A program made the position numbers and the translations under genes. The notes under the pieces were generated by a model. It did not search any database, was not told the DNA's origin, and was given only the letters and a program-made list of their open reading frames with translations. DNA of 57,459 bases, counting the filler, from Dirinaria sp. TL-2023a (lineage: Eukaryota), in NCBI GenBank assembly GCA_051941275.1. It is 7 parts of 7 records of this genome, joined end to end, with 100 filler letters (N's around TTAATTAATTAA, not from the genome) between each part and the next. Parts side by side here need not be neighbours in the genome. Positions count along the whole stretch, not along the records: positions 16,502 to 24,645 come from JAVEBF010001230.1; positions 24,746 to 32,851 come from JAVEBF010001231.1; positions 32,952 to 41,056 come from JAVEBF010001232.1; 4 more parts are not named here. One strand, 5' to 3'. Shown here in pieces: positions 23,702 to 34,717 of this stretch; position 1 is the stretch's first letter, and the number at the start of each line of letters is the position of its first letter.

Positions 23702-24645
23702 TAAACAGAGCAAGGCCGTGACCCAGCAAACTAAGCAAATGTTCCGCCACGACTCTTCTAAGTCGGATCGTTGAAATTGATTTAGGGAAAATTGGGATGA
23801 TGCGCGCTCCCCTCAGTTCCGTAAAACATTCTCCGCTCTCAGATCCTGAATTCTTTCCCTTTCTTTATTCGTACTTTGACTCTTAACTCATTTATTCTTA
23901 TTGATAGTCATGTTGTCTTGTCTCTGTAGTCTGACAATGGCAGCTATTCTCACCAGTACTGTTGAGCATTCGACCCTTTCTCCCCAATTTCTTGGTAAAT
24001 TATTATATCTAGGCTAACCAGAATGACACCTGAATAAGCTCATGCTTCTTCTAACCAGCCTCTCTTTCGCCCTCGTGCATAGTGTTCCGCGTACTGTCGC
24101 TAAGATGGCTTTTTCCTCGCCCCCTCGTAGCCATCCATGGTGGAGGTCATACCCCGGTCAGTGGCGCCTCGCATATCAAGAAAGGGTGTTGCAGTGAATT
24201 CAGACCATCTTAACTCCCTCAACATTGTCATTACCGGCACGATCTCAGCTAGAGCCTGACCTGAGCCGTATACCAGCATATCATCGAAATTTCTGAAACT
24301 TCATCTCGAGTCTCAAGCCCCTGCAAAAGTTCCCAACACCCTCGCTGTTTTAGATGCTCGTGCAGCAATAGTTAGCGCAAATACAATTGCTCCTACCTTT
24401 GAACATCAGTCCTGTTGGCAGCTAAGGCTCAAGCGATGGTGTTTTCTGGGTTTGAACATATAAGTTTAGAAATAGATCAGACAAAACCGAGAAAGGAAAT
24501 GAAAAGGAAAGGAAAGAAAAGAAAAGAAAAAGAAGAGCGACTGCTTACATTCTATACCAGGCAGGTAAGCAAGTAGAGCAGAGCAGAGGTCCCTCCTTCG
24601 CTACAACCCTCCTCAAGGCTGCGAAGTTGAAACCCACCCCCCCCT

Positions 24646-24745
24646 NNNNNNNNNNNNNNNNNNNNNNNNNNNNNNNNNNNNNNNNNNNNTTAATTAATTA
24701 ANNNNNNNNNNNNNNNNNNNNNNNNNNNNNNNNNNNNNNNNNNNN
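24646..24745. other. Artificial contig-joining spacer
   Basis: 44 N + TTAATTAATTAA + 44 N. Confidence 0.98.
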
Positions 24746-25012
24746 AAATTGGTTCTATTATTTTGAGGTTACTATTTTTATGGAGGAAGGGAGGCTGATT
24801 CTAATCTATTTAAAATCTGTTACAGATACCTGGATCGGAATGGCTTTCGTGCTGGGCGGCATCGCTCTGTGCGTGCAATCGAAGGCGTGATAGCGAAAGG
24901 GGCTGCTGGGCTGGGGGAAGTCGAGGGGAGAGAGGGCTCGCGCGACCGGAATGAGAGCGGTTTTGTTTCCCCCCCTCTGTAGGTTGGTAGGTAGAAACGA
25001 AAGAAAACGCGC

Positions 25013-26715
25013 TCACCAGCGGCGTGCATAGAGTGAGTCCAAGCTCTGCTTCTTCTCGCCTCTGACCCTTCCCTCTTCGCTCTCTTCGCCAGCTCGTTTG
25101 GCTGGCTGTGCTCCTCCTCGTTGCCCTTGTTCTTTCTCTCGGTTGCTGGGCGCGAACATCGCTAGCAGCGTCGCCCGGTGATTGTCGTTAGGGTACGAGG
25201 ACTCGGCTGCGGAGTCGTTGACTACTTCCCGCCGCGCCCTCGTGCCCCGCTCTGTCTCGGTAGTAGGCTTCTTGGGCGGACTCGACGCCGCCGTAGTGTC
25301 AGCGCTACCGCCTTCGTCCCGGCGTCCGCTGGAGTTCGTGTCGTGTGGAGTAGTATACGGTGGTCGGTGTGTAGTATCGCCTGTGTCCTGGCGGTTCGCG
25401 TAAGGAGAGACGGATGGGCCGTCGCCCGTGTTCGGAGGAGGATGCGCATACGGGGAAACGTATGCCGGATTGCCCTTATTCTCGGGGTCCGTGGATGCAG
25501 AGACGTTGGGGTCGAGCCTGCTTTGGACCGGAGCCTTACCGCGGTGGCCACTTTCCTTCCCATCCTTGGCTGCTTCCTTCTGAGTCTTGGAAGGAGCCTC
25601 GGCCGATGCCTTATTGCCTTTCTTGACACGCCCGGTAGCCTTTGAAGTAGAGCCTTTCTTGGATGCGGCCCTGGAAGGAGTTCCTGTTGACTTGTTGCCT
25701 TCGCTGGTTGGACTTGCTGCTTTTGGCCCACTGGATGCCCGTCTCGTAACTTCCGATGTAGGATCGGCAGGAGCTTTGCTTCGGTTGGCAGGGCTCACCT
25801 CGGAAGGCTCCCCTTGAACCGTCGCCGCCGCGACACTTGACGCCCTCGGAGACACGAGCTTCGTTTGGGACTTCGCACCGGACTTCTTCCCCATCTTCTT
25901 TGCTGAAGGCTTGGCTTGGGACGGCGGTGGGCTCTTGCTCGGCACAGAGTCTGCATCCCGGCTCTGGACGCTGCCTGTTCCGCCCGTCGGATGTGCTTTG
26001 CCAGGTTGCGATGGCTCGGAAACAGACACTGAGCTCGGTCCTTCCGTTACCGTTGCAGAGACTTCGCCAAACCGTGGCACTAGGATGGGCACTCCTCTCC
26101 CTGGAAGCTTGGGCATATTGTCAACATCCACGGGTTTCTTGCTCATCTGTCTCATTGCCAATTTCCAAGGACGTTGGCGCTGCACGTCTACCTGTCTGTT
26201 TGTCTGTGCCATGGCAGTCTTGTATGCTCGGAAGGTGTTATCGAGCATGTCTAGGCCTCGCTCAAGCAGCTCGATAGGGGGCGAAGGGAACGGCACAAGC
26301 CCTCGATCGCCAGTGCTGGTGCTGGTGCTGGTGCCAGAGCCAGAGTTAGTGCCAGAGTCAGTTCCAGAGCCGGTACCAGTTGCTGAGTTAAATGGATCCC
26401 ATTGGTCATCTGGGATCTCGCTCATCGCATCCTGGAAGCTCTTAAAAGCTGCAGTGGCCCCGTCGAATGCTTGCTCCAGGCCATGCACCGATGGCACTGG
26501 TTTCTGCGCCTGGTGACGGTCAGCTATGGTGCTGATGACACTGTTAGCAGCCATGAACATACCGGAAACTTGCCCTCCTCGTTGACCGTGTACTGCTCGG
26601 CCATCCTATTCGTAATATCCTCGAAAGTCTGGAAGGTGCGGCCCAAGAGCTCTCGGCTACGATCCATTACCTTTGCCATGCGGTTCTGATCCGCCTCACG
26701 ATGTTGGCTAGTCAT
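25013..26715 (-). CDS. Hypothetical protein: three N-terminal amphipathic helical repeats plus long S/T/P/K-rich disordered region
   Basis: Exon 26715-26563 (MTSQHRE..GKFP), intron 26562-26510 (GTATGT..GCTGAC..CACCAG), exon 26509-25013. The 3' end may instead splice at GTGAGC (25016). No family recognised. Confidence 0.7.
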
Positions 26716-29701
26716 GATGGCTGTTGTAGCTTGGAAGATGCAGAAGATGGGGTAGGCTTTGTGGTGCAGAAGAAGAGTGGGAGGGGGACCTCAGCTGTGC
26801 AATTTAAGGGCTGCTTTGGTGTTGATGGCTCCGTGCTGTGAAGTTGCCAATCACGCAAATTCCAAGTATTGGCTGCGCCGGAACAATACAGCAGGCAGGC
26901 CAGCAGCACTGGCTATGCGGTGTGCTGAAGACCTGAAGACCAAGCGGAATAGAAGTAATTGCCGTGCAGTACCCGAGGAGCAGATTGCTGGAGCAAGTCG
27001 ACGAAGTAGACAGATCAGAAATGTTTGCCCTGCAGCAAGCTGAGGATCGATGATGAAGCAGCTCAGGAAGATCTGCTGTGCTGTAACCAGGCAAAGACAG
27101 AATCGATGACCCTCGAGCAAACAATCTCCAGTACGACCAGATCATTCAATGCTTCGTGGCGCCTTCCAATTGAGATTGCTTATGCGGCGATTCCTGGCCT
27201 TGTCTGTGCCAATACTGGGTGAAGTGGAACGATATCCTCCTTCAGGACCTCCCTTGTATTGCCAAGTAAATCACCGCTCGCACGCACCAGGACACTTCCC
27301 ATGCCTTGTCACACTTCCACATAGGATGGATCCCTTGCTGCTATGCCCTTCTCGGCGCCTACGACCTGAAATGTTCCGGCTCATACTGCGTTGTGCATGC
27401 CCAGGCCTTTTCCATGTCCATGCTTGAACATTTCTGTCTTTAGATGAATGGATCCAGAGCTACCTCCTTACGGACAATAGCAAGCTTCTTTCCCAAGCTG
27501 CCTTCTCTGGTTCTTCCATCTTTCGAGAGGTCCTTGCAGTTGGCATGTATCATTTTCTCGGCGCCTGTCCCAGGAAACACATTAAGTCTTTGCTTCCTTG
27601 ACTAAGAGGGGCAGCTGCACCATGCTCCAGCATAGCTGTATCATCAGAAGCTGTAGCAAGGTCCAGGACCAAAGGGTTACTTCATTGTCCGAAATTGTCC
27701 TCGCCCAATCATGTATAGATGGCGCTGGCTGCTCTTTGTACTGGCTCAGCTCAGCTCCGAATGGCCCGACTTCTTCGACTCCCGCAGCAACTATCTGTCC
27801 TTAATCAGGACCCAACTCTTGACTGCCTGACATCTTCCACTTTCACACTAGGTGACTTTCTCTTGACAAGCCTTGAAGTGCATGGTACCAGGCAGACCCA
27901 ACATCTCTCGGTCCAAATACCAAAATGCTCTATATACGAAAATGTCCAGTTCTAACGCCTTAACACGACTTTGGCTGAAATGATAAATGAAAACTTATTT
28001 AGATATACGAAGGCCAATTACTATGGCCATGCTTCTGACCCCTCCCCTGAAAGAGGCCTAGTATGAGGCCACACATGTAAAGAACTTATTTAAATATTCG
28101 GCAATCCATGACAGCATTGCATGCCATGCTCTGTAAGTATAGCGAGCTTGCCATCGCCATAGCCTTCAACCTCGGAGCTGGATGTGGTAGGAGTAGGATG
28201 CCACTCCTTTAGGAAAGCATGTAAGAGTAATAGATGGTAGCCCACGCTTGGGTTTGAGACACTAATAGAAGTCTGTAGCTCCTGCCATTCGAGACCTCGA
28301 GCGTGTACGAAGGGCACCACTGGCACCACCTATGGGCTCCTTATCCATGGCAAGCATGCCTGCACCCATGCAATGCTTGTGTGTCGAAGCAGAAGACCTC
28401 TAGATGTCTGAATTGGGTATTGAAGGACTTCGTAGGTCTCTTAACGCTGCCGCTGCAGTGCTTCCTCGTGGCAATAGGGACCGCTCTTGGAGGTTATGTC
28501 TCAATGGTAGGTTATGTTGGTGGTGACCGGATCTCTTTCTGGCGCCAGCAATCCTAAGGTACGGACATTTCTGCTCTTTGTTGTTGGGAAGTTCCTTGCT
28601 GCACTTCTTCTGAGTGCCTCTTTCTTTGGTTGACGCTTTCCTTTGGTTCCTGTCTTCTCTGGCTTTTGGTAAAAGAGGAGGTTGTATGGTGGGGTCAGCC
28701 ATCTTGTGCGTCGATCTCTGAGCACCACCTATGGCAGGCTCTGCTGCTGGCATCGTATCATCTGTTGATGTCGTATCAGCTGTTGGGATTGTAGCAGCTG
28801 TAAGACTTCTAGGTGGACGCGTCCTTGAGCTGATGGAGCCGCTTGTGCATTTGGTGAAAATTATCGTGAGAAGGCTCGAGGTTATTAAGAACTTGTACCT
28901 TCGAAGAGTCAAAAGATGGCTGTATCATCCTTTGGAAAAAGACCTCGAGGATCTGGAGGGCATGCTTGAGCTTCTGATGTATATCGGAGATGCTCGAGGT
29001 CACAGAAGCGGCGCCGAGGCTATATATGCTGCTTAGCTGTGATGAAGCTTCATGAAGGCCTGTGCAACACTGCTGGAGCAGTGTTGCGAGGCGAATAGTC
29101 GATGGCACTGTTGATGAGGGTTACTTACTCCATGTATCCATGAAGCAGCGAGTGTTGCAGCGCTGGCTAGCCAGTCGGCTCAATGAAGCTGCTGATGCCG
29201 CAGGTGACCCCTCCCAGTTTGGGCTGTAATCACATGTGTTGCGATGGGCCTTCCTATGTACGAGGAAGCTATCGAGACGTTGAGGCGTCGAGAGTGCAGA
29301 AGAGAATGAAGGGATATGAAGTCACTGGTTGGGGTTGCAAGTTAATGGAGGTGCAACCAGAGGAGCGGACCACCCAAATAGGCAAATTGTGAACAGCAAG
29401 CCATCACTCGGAACTAGTCCAATTCAACAAGGCGTTGAGCAGCCCAACAGCATCTGATCAAGTCCCAAGGACCCTCTGGACTCTGTTGAAGGCAGGTTCA
29501 CTACGATTCCCTAAGACTATGGAATATCACATTGCTCGTCCGTGGAAAGACACTATCGTTTGCACAGAGGAAATGTCATTGAGCGCTTGAGCGCTCTAGT
29601 GTTAAATACATTATAAAAACAAAAACAGAAAAAAAAAAAAAAAAGAAAAAGCTCAAACACCTCCGACCTCGACTCTGGGAACGCTCCAAATCATTATTCT
29701 T

Positions 29702-31206
29702 TCAGGATTGCTCCTGAAAGCGGCGCATCTTGGCCGGATCCCACCCCATATCCTCCCCACGGCGGTATCGTGCCTGTGGGTCGCTCTGTGCCTCTTGGAG
29801 GCTTTGGGGAGGGGTGCTACGAGGATTGAAGGGGCTGATTGATTCGTTGTAGCGGAGCGGATCAATGGGGCTTTCTGGCCCTATATATGTTTAAGCTATG
29901 ATACAAAGAAGCAAGTATGCTAGAGGGCATTCGCACCTCCAGCCCGGAAGCCAGCACCAGACCAGTATCTATTTGCCATCTCTTGAGATGGCGCCGGCTC
30001 TATAGAAGTATCAGCACGATGACCAGGCAATTTCGAATTTAGCTATCCAGTACCTTCGTTCCATGGCCCAATACGGGCCCGCGGCTGTCTATTTTCAAGG
30101 CCGCTGCTTATTGTCACCGGCTCTTGCAAAGGCGCCTGGTGCGTCGGTATCGCTGGAGGCGGTCGTCGGCCTCCAAGCCCGGATGGGCTGGTTTCAAGTG
30201 GCTCGGAGCCACGCAAGAGTTCTTGAAGGCGAGGCACTGATGGCCTCGGAGATGTCGATTCCGCTGCGAAGAATCCTAGCAGCGGTTCTTGCGAATGCGG
30301 TCTATATGGTTCTGGTGGAGGGATTGTTAAGTGGCTATGTGATGGGTCGTAAAGAGGGGCTGCGGATGATGGCGAGGAAATCTCAGGGACTGTTCCGGAT
30401 CCACTAGTGTTCATTGCAGGCACTGGCGTGGACCGATTCTGCATGCTTGCTCTGCCACGGACCTTGGAATCGTCTTTCTGTTCTCTGCCGCGGTCCTGGG
30501 AATCGTCTTCGCTCCAGGCGTGGCGTGTTCCAGGAGGCTGTGGTGCTATTGTGCCCGTGTGGTAATGTGCATACGAGCAATCTTCATCGGATCTCTGGCA
30601 GTGTCCGTTCGTGGCCCAAAAGTAGCAGGTCACGGATTTGTCTCGGGTCACGCCTGGAGCTGCAGCCATCCTGTGGAAAGATGTCATGTCAGTACATTCT
30701 GGAATCATGCAGAGTAGGAAAGCATAGACTAAGCTGCAAGAGCTGTTGCCCGGAGAAGGTGCCTTACCAGTCGGTCTCATAGTGCAGATAATGGCAATCA
30801 TCCTCGCTCTTGTTGCAGTGCCCCTTTGCCCAGAAATGGCATGTTATAGGTACCTTGGCGTGTTTAGAAGTAGTAACTGGAGCGGCCGCAACTTGGCCGG
30901 TATGTTCGTGTTCGTATATACACTGCTCCGCAGTCTTGGTACAGTTGCCTCTTACCCAGCTACGGCGGACGCGGAGTCAGTATATATAATATACTCGAGG
31001 GTGCAAAAGCAAGCTCGAGATGCAGCGAGGACTTACAAAGGACAAGTCAGAAGAGGTGCTCCCCTACGGCTGGGAGCAGGAGCCAGGGTTCCGGTGTGAG
31101 CATGAGTATAACGGCACTGCTCGTCTGTGTACCTGCACTGGCCACGAGCCCAGAAAGCACAAGTCAACTGACTCTTCGCCGGGATGAATGCGGGATCACG
31201 ATTCAT
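29702..31206 (-). CDS. Protein with four tandem CCCH zinc fingers and a Pro/Ser-rich disordered C-terminus (~406 aa), putative RNA-binding protein
   Basis: Five exons with consistent phases: 31206-31037, 30959-30768, 30670-30054, 29999-29937, 29880-29702 (1221 nt). Fingers: TCAFWARGQCRYTDEQCRYTH, TCPFWVRGNCTKTAEQCIYEH, TCHFWAKGHCNKSEDDCHYLH, TCYFWATNGHCQRSDEDCSYAH. Confidence 0.85.
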
Positions 31207-31253
31207 TCTGTTGATACTTATATCGTGCTGTGTCAAGAAGGTGATGGACGGTA

Positions 31254-31800
31254 GTGAAGAAGCGGCTACTTGAAGTGGCTACTTGAAGGAAGCGGTTGGA
31301 TAAAGAAGCGGTTACTTAAGAAGCGGATGGTTAAAGAAGCGGTCACTTGAAGACGCCGTTACTTAAAGAGGCCGTTACTTGGAGAAGTCGTTCCTTAAAG
31401 AAGCTGTATCTTGAAGAAGCCGTCCCTAAACAAGCAGTTGGTTGAAGAAGTCGTCCCTTAACAAGCAGTTTGTTGAAGAAGCGGCTGGTTAGAAGTAGCG
31501 GTTACTTAAGCGGGTACTTGAAGAAGCTGTTACTTGGAGAAGTCGTTCCTTAAAGAAGCTGTGATCTAAAGAAGCCGTCACTTAAGAAGCAGGTGGTTGA
31601 CGATGCGGTTGGTCAAAAGTAGCGGTTACTTAAGAAAGCGGTTACTTGATGAAGCCGTCACTTCAAACAGCTGTTACTTAAGGAAGCCGTTCCTTAAAGA
31701 AGCTGTAAATTGAAGAAGCCTTCACTCAAGAAGCAGTTGGTTGAAGAAGCGGCTGGTCAAAGAAGCTCTTTGGTGAGGAAGAACCGGCTGCTTGAGGAAA
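31254..31800. repeat. Degenerate 16-bp minisatellite (~34 units, consensus TTRAAGAAGCSGTTAC) with ~145-155-bp higher-order repeat
   Basis: Units such as ttaaagaagcggtcac, ttgaagacgccgttac, ttaaagaggccgttac, ttggagaagtcgttcc, ttaaagaagctgtatc, ttgaagaagccgtccc. An exact 34-bp duplicate lies at 31374-31407 and 31529-31562. Confidence 0.93.
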
Positions 31801-32202
31801 TGGTGGTGAGGGGGAGAAGAAGGAGAAGAAGGAGGAAAAGGAGGATGGGGTGAAGATCAACTAAATCCCAGGGAAACTTGGAAGCGGTTCTCCGGCAAAG
31901 ACTGATCACTTTGTCACCTTTCACTCAGCACAAGAATGATGAAAGAAAGCATCTGAGTGGTCCAAGACTCGACAGGCTCCACCGGTAGCTCTGCTTTCGT
32001 CAAGAAGGTGACAGGTTATCATGAGATTTCAAGGATACTCAAAAAGCCTGGGTCCACTTTGCACTCAGCTCGGAGGTCCTAGTGTCACCGTCTTTCAGAC
32101 CGCTAGAGCAGGCAGAACCTTCGAGCCGGTTCCCTACACCTACATGTATACTATGTAGTATTGGAGAGAACGTCACCATGTCACGCATTCAACGCCACTT
32201 TC

Positions 32203-32790
32203 ATGCCCGGGTGGATCCCTCGGCCGGTGAATTCTCTATCAATTTCTCGTCCTACCCCTTGTCATCCATTGATTTCCTGACCGCCTTCTTCAGATCCAGC
32301 AGCAGATCGTCGATCTGCTCTTTCTCCCCTCCTTCTATACCCGGATCAGTGACTGCTTCTCGTATCACCCCGCGAGCCAGCTCCATTATAAAGCTTTCCA
32401 CAGGCAAAGTACGTATATATACCATAAAGTACCTTGGACTTTCTTTTACCCTCGCCTCCAGACATCCCATTTCTTCCTTCCTCCAACCCTCAAAATGCTC
32501 TCATCCAACCCATTCAGACGCCACCCGTACGAGCAGCTCGAGGACGAAGACGAGGCAAATGGTACGAGTACTACCTCCCACTTCCCCCCCTCCAAAAAGC
32601 ACCCCATCTATCTTATGTACATGTAGAAAACAAAACCCCATCCTAAATAACTACTAACTCCCTCTTTCCCCCCTTTCTCCTAGCAGCGGCAGCAGCCAAT
32701 CCCGCTTCCAAGAAGCGTTCCGGTCCCAAACTCGCTCTCGAACGTCTAAAGAACAAGGTACATTCCATGTACCGCCGTGTGGCCCCGAAG
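32203..32790 (+). CDS. Probable small multi-exon gene, truncated by contig end; frame uncertain
   Basis: Chain of intron-like segments: GTGAAT 32227..CAG 32293; GTACGT 32409..CAG 32517; GTACGA..CCTAG; GTATGT 32791. Plausible peptides MPGWIPRP|IQQQIVDLLFLPSFYTRISDCFSYHPASQLHYKAFH and RHPYEQLEDEDEAN|AAAAANPASKKRSGPKLALERLKNKVHSMYRRVAPK join only via a GC donor or a 1-nt change near 32404-32408. Confidence 0.4.
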
Positions 32791-32851
32791 GTATGTATGT
32801 TTTCTTTCCTTCCAACAACCTGCTTTCCCCCCCAATCCCTCCTCCTCCTCC

Positions 32852-32951
32852 NNNNNNNNNNNNNNNNNNNNNNNNNNNNNNNNNNNNNNNNNNNNTTAAT
32901 TAATTAANNNNNNNNNNNNNNNNNNNNNNNNNNNNNNNNNNNNNNNNNNNN
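32852..32951. other. Artificial contig-joining spacer
   Basis: 44 N + TTAATTAATTAA + 44 N. Confidence 0.98.
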
Positions 32952-33456
32952 GGGGAAGGCGGATTCTGATCAAAAGGGGGCGGGAAATATACATACATAC
33001 TATACCTCCGGTAGTCCAGATTTTCGTTGCAGGAGCTGATGACGACGGTAGATAGCACACATGTGAGAAACATGGTCTTTGCTCCCAAAAAAAAAAATCC
33101 GTTAAAATTTGCTGCAGCATGCATTTCTCGAGTACCAGTACAAAAACAGGAGACAGAGAGAGAGTGAGAGAGAATTGCAAATCTAGGGGAACTGCGGCTT
33201 GCAAAGGTTCGATCCCAACCCAACCAATTCCCCCAATCTAAACAAACCCCCTTCCAGGAAATTGCTCCGTATTGCTTTGCCCCAGCCCCAAACAAACCAC
33301 ACCTTACCAGAGTTCCCCCTTATCACCACAAAGTCACCGCTGAAAACCCTCCACCCCAGTCATTTGTATTGAGGGAGCATCATCATCAAAGTGCCTGGCT
33401 TGCGTTTTTCAAATTTCGGTTCTTGGCACTGCAGCTCCGGGGGCTTTTTTTTTTTT

Positions 33457-34717
33457 TTAATTCTGAGCCTGCTCCTTCTCGTCCCCAGCAGCCACGGCGG
33501 TCTCGCCCGCGGTGTAAGCGGGGAGATTCTCATCTTCGTACGCGGGGAGGCTATCCTCTTTGTCGTCGGACTGGACGGCCTCGTACTTGGTGTTGCCGGA
33601 GCGACGATACTTGAGCCAGAGAAAGACGACCGCCTGGCCCACAAGCATGCCGATCGCGCTGGCCGTGATACCGACCGCCACACCGACCATGACAGGGAGG
33701 ACGACGAAGGTGAACATGTGCCTGGCGAATCCCATGATGGAGTCCAACATGCCATGGCGGTGTTGGGAGCCAGCGTGGTGCATGTGACCAGGGCGGAAGA
33801 CGTTGTGGGTAGGCAGCTTGGTGACTTTGGCATCTCCAGATGGCCTGGGTCGGGCAGGATGGCCGGCCAGACGCTGGAAGCAGCGCATGCAGAAGCACTT
33901 GGCTTTGCGGAAGCCGTGGTTTGCTTTGTGGGCTGCCAGAGCGGCTTTGGCGCGGGCTTGGGCAATCGCGGCGCCCAGTTTGGCCATGACGCGGCATGCC
34001 ATGTTTGTGCATTTGGCATCGGGATCGTTCGGCGATCGAGCGACGGTGTCAACGGAGAGAATGGAAAGCTGGATCTGGATGTCAGTTTGATCCCTTATCA
34101 GATACTTGATGGTTAATACTCACAACACCGTCTGCTTTGTGCTTGTTGACTTTGATGTCCACGTCATCGATCTTGACCATCTGGCCATCGATGCCCAAAA
34201 CAGTCATCTTGATGTCGATGAGGGAGTCTTCCGTGGTCTCTCCCTTGGTCTCGAATTCGAGGGTATAACTAAGCTTCAAGTCCTTATCGTACCCTTCAGG
34301 TCCCTTGCCAGATTGCGACGCTTTCCGAACTTGCGGGGTGTAAAGCAGGCCAGGCATTTTGTTCACCGTGATAGGATAGAATGGCTTGCCATTCAACAGC
34401 AACTGGTCATCTTTGGCGGCAAAATGCATGAGAAGATCGCTTTCGACATCGTTGGTCCATTCGTGCACACCATTCCGCTCGCTCTTGAGGGCGAAGGGGC
34501 ACGAAGCACAGTCAAGTTTGATGCCGTATGAGTTGTGATCGACAACCTGGGGGAGGATTTCACCAGCCTTGGCTTTGGCCTTTTCAAGAGCGTTATGTAG
34601 CCGTCCAGCCTTTGTTTGCTGCGCTGCTTGGACTTCATCTGCGATCTCGGGAGGGATGAGGAAGGCGTTGACGGTCAACGCCAACGCTGCAGTGGATAGC
34701 AGTGTAGGGATATGCAT
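33457..34717 (-). CDS. Fungal secretory-pathway single-pass membrane protein of unknown function
   Basis: Exons 34717-34124 and 34068-33457 (intron GTGAGT..CTGAC..CCAG; alternative acceptor 6 nt upstream). Signal peptide (..LTVNAFLIPP), LDCASCPF, CTNMACR, KCFC, His-rich linker, TM FVVLPVMVGVAVGITASAIGMLVGQAVVFLW, and cytosolic LPAYE/LPAYT PY-like motifs. Confidence 0.82.

Noticed and set aside
31254..31800. CRISPR array or telomeric repeat reading of the 16-bp array
   Set aside because: Units are contiguous and degenerate with no unique spacers or cas genes in a eukaryotic context; not TTAGGG-like and not at a contig end.
31254..31800. Array as a coding repeat extending the CCCH protein
   Set aside because: Unit length is not a multiple of 3, stops are frequent, and there is no upstream ATG on the gene strand.
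33190..33225. GGTTCGATCCC, a tRNA B-box-like motif
   Set aside because: No cloverleaf stems or A-box can be built around it.
33391..34116. Long antisense ORFs over the membrane-protein, SDR, MARVEL and WW genes
   Set aside because: Expected by-products of GC-rich codon usage on the real coding strand.
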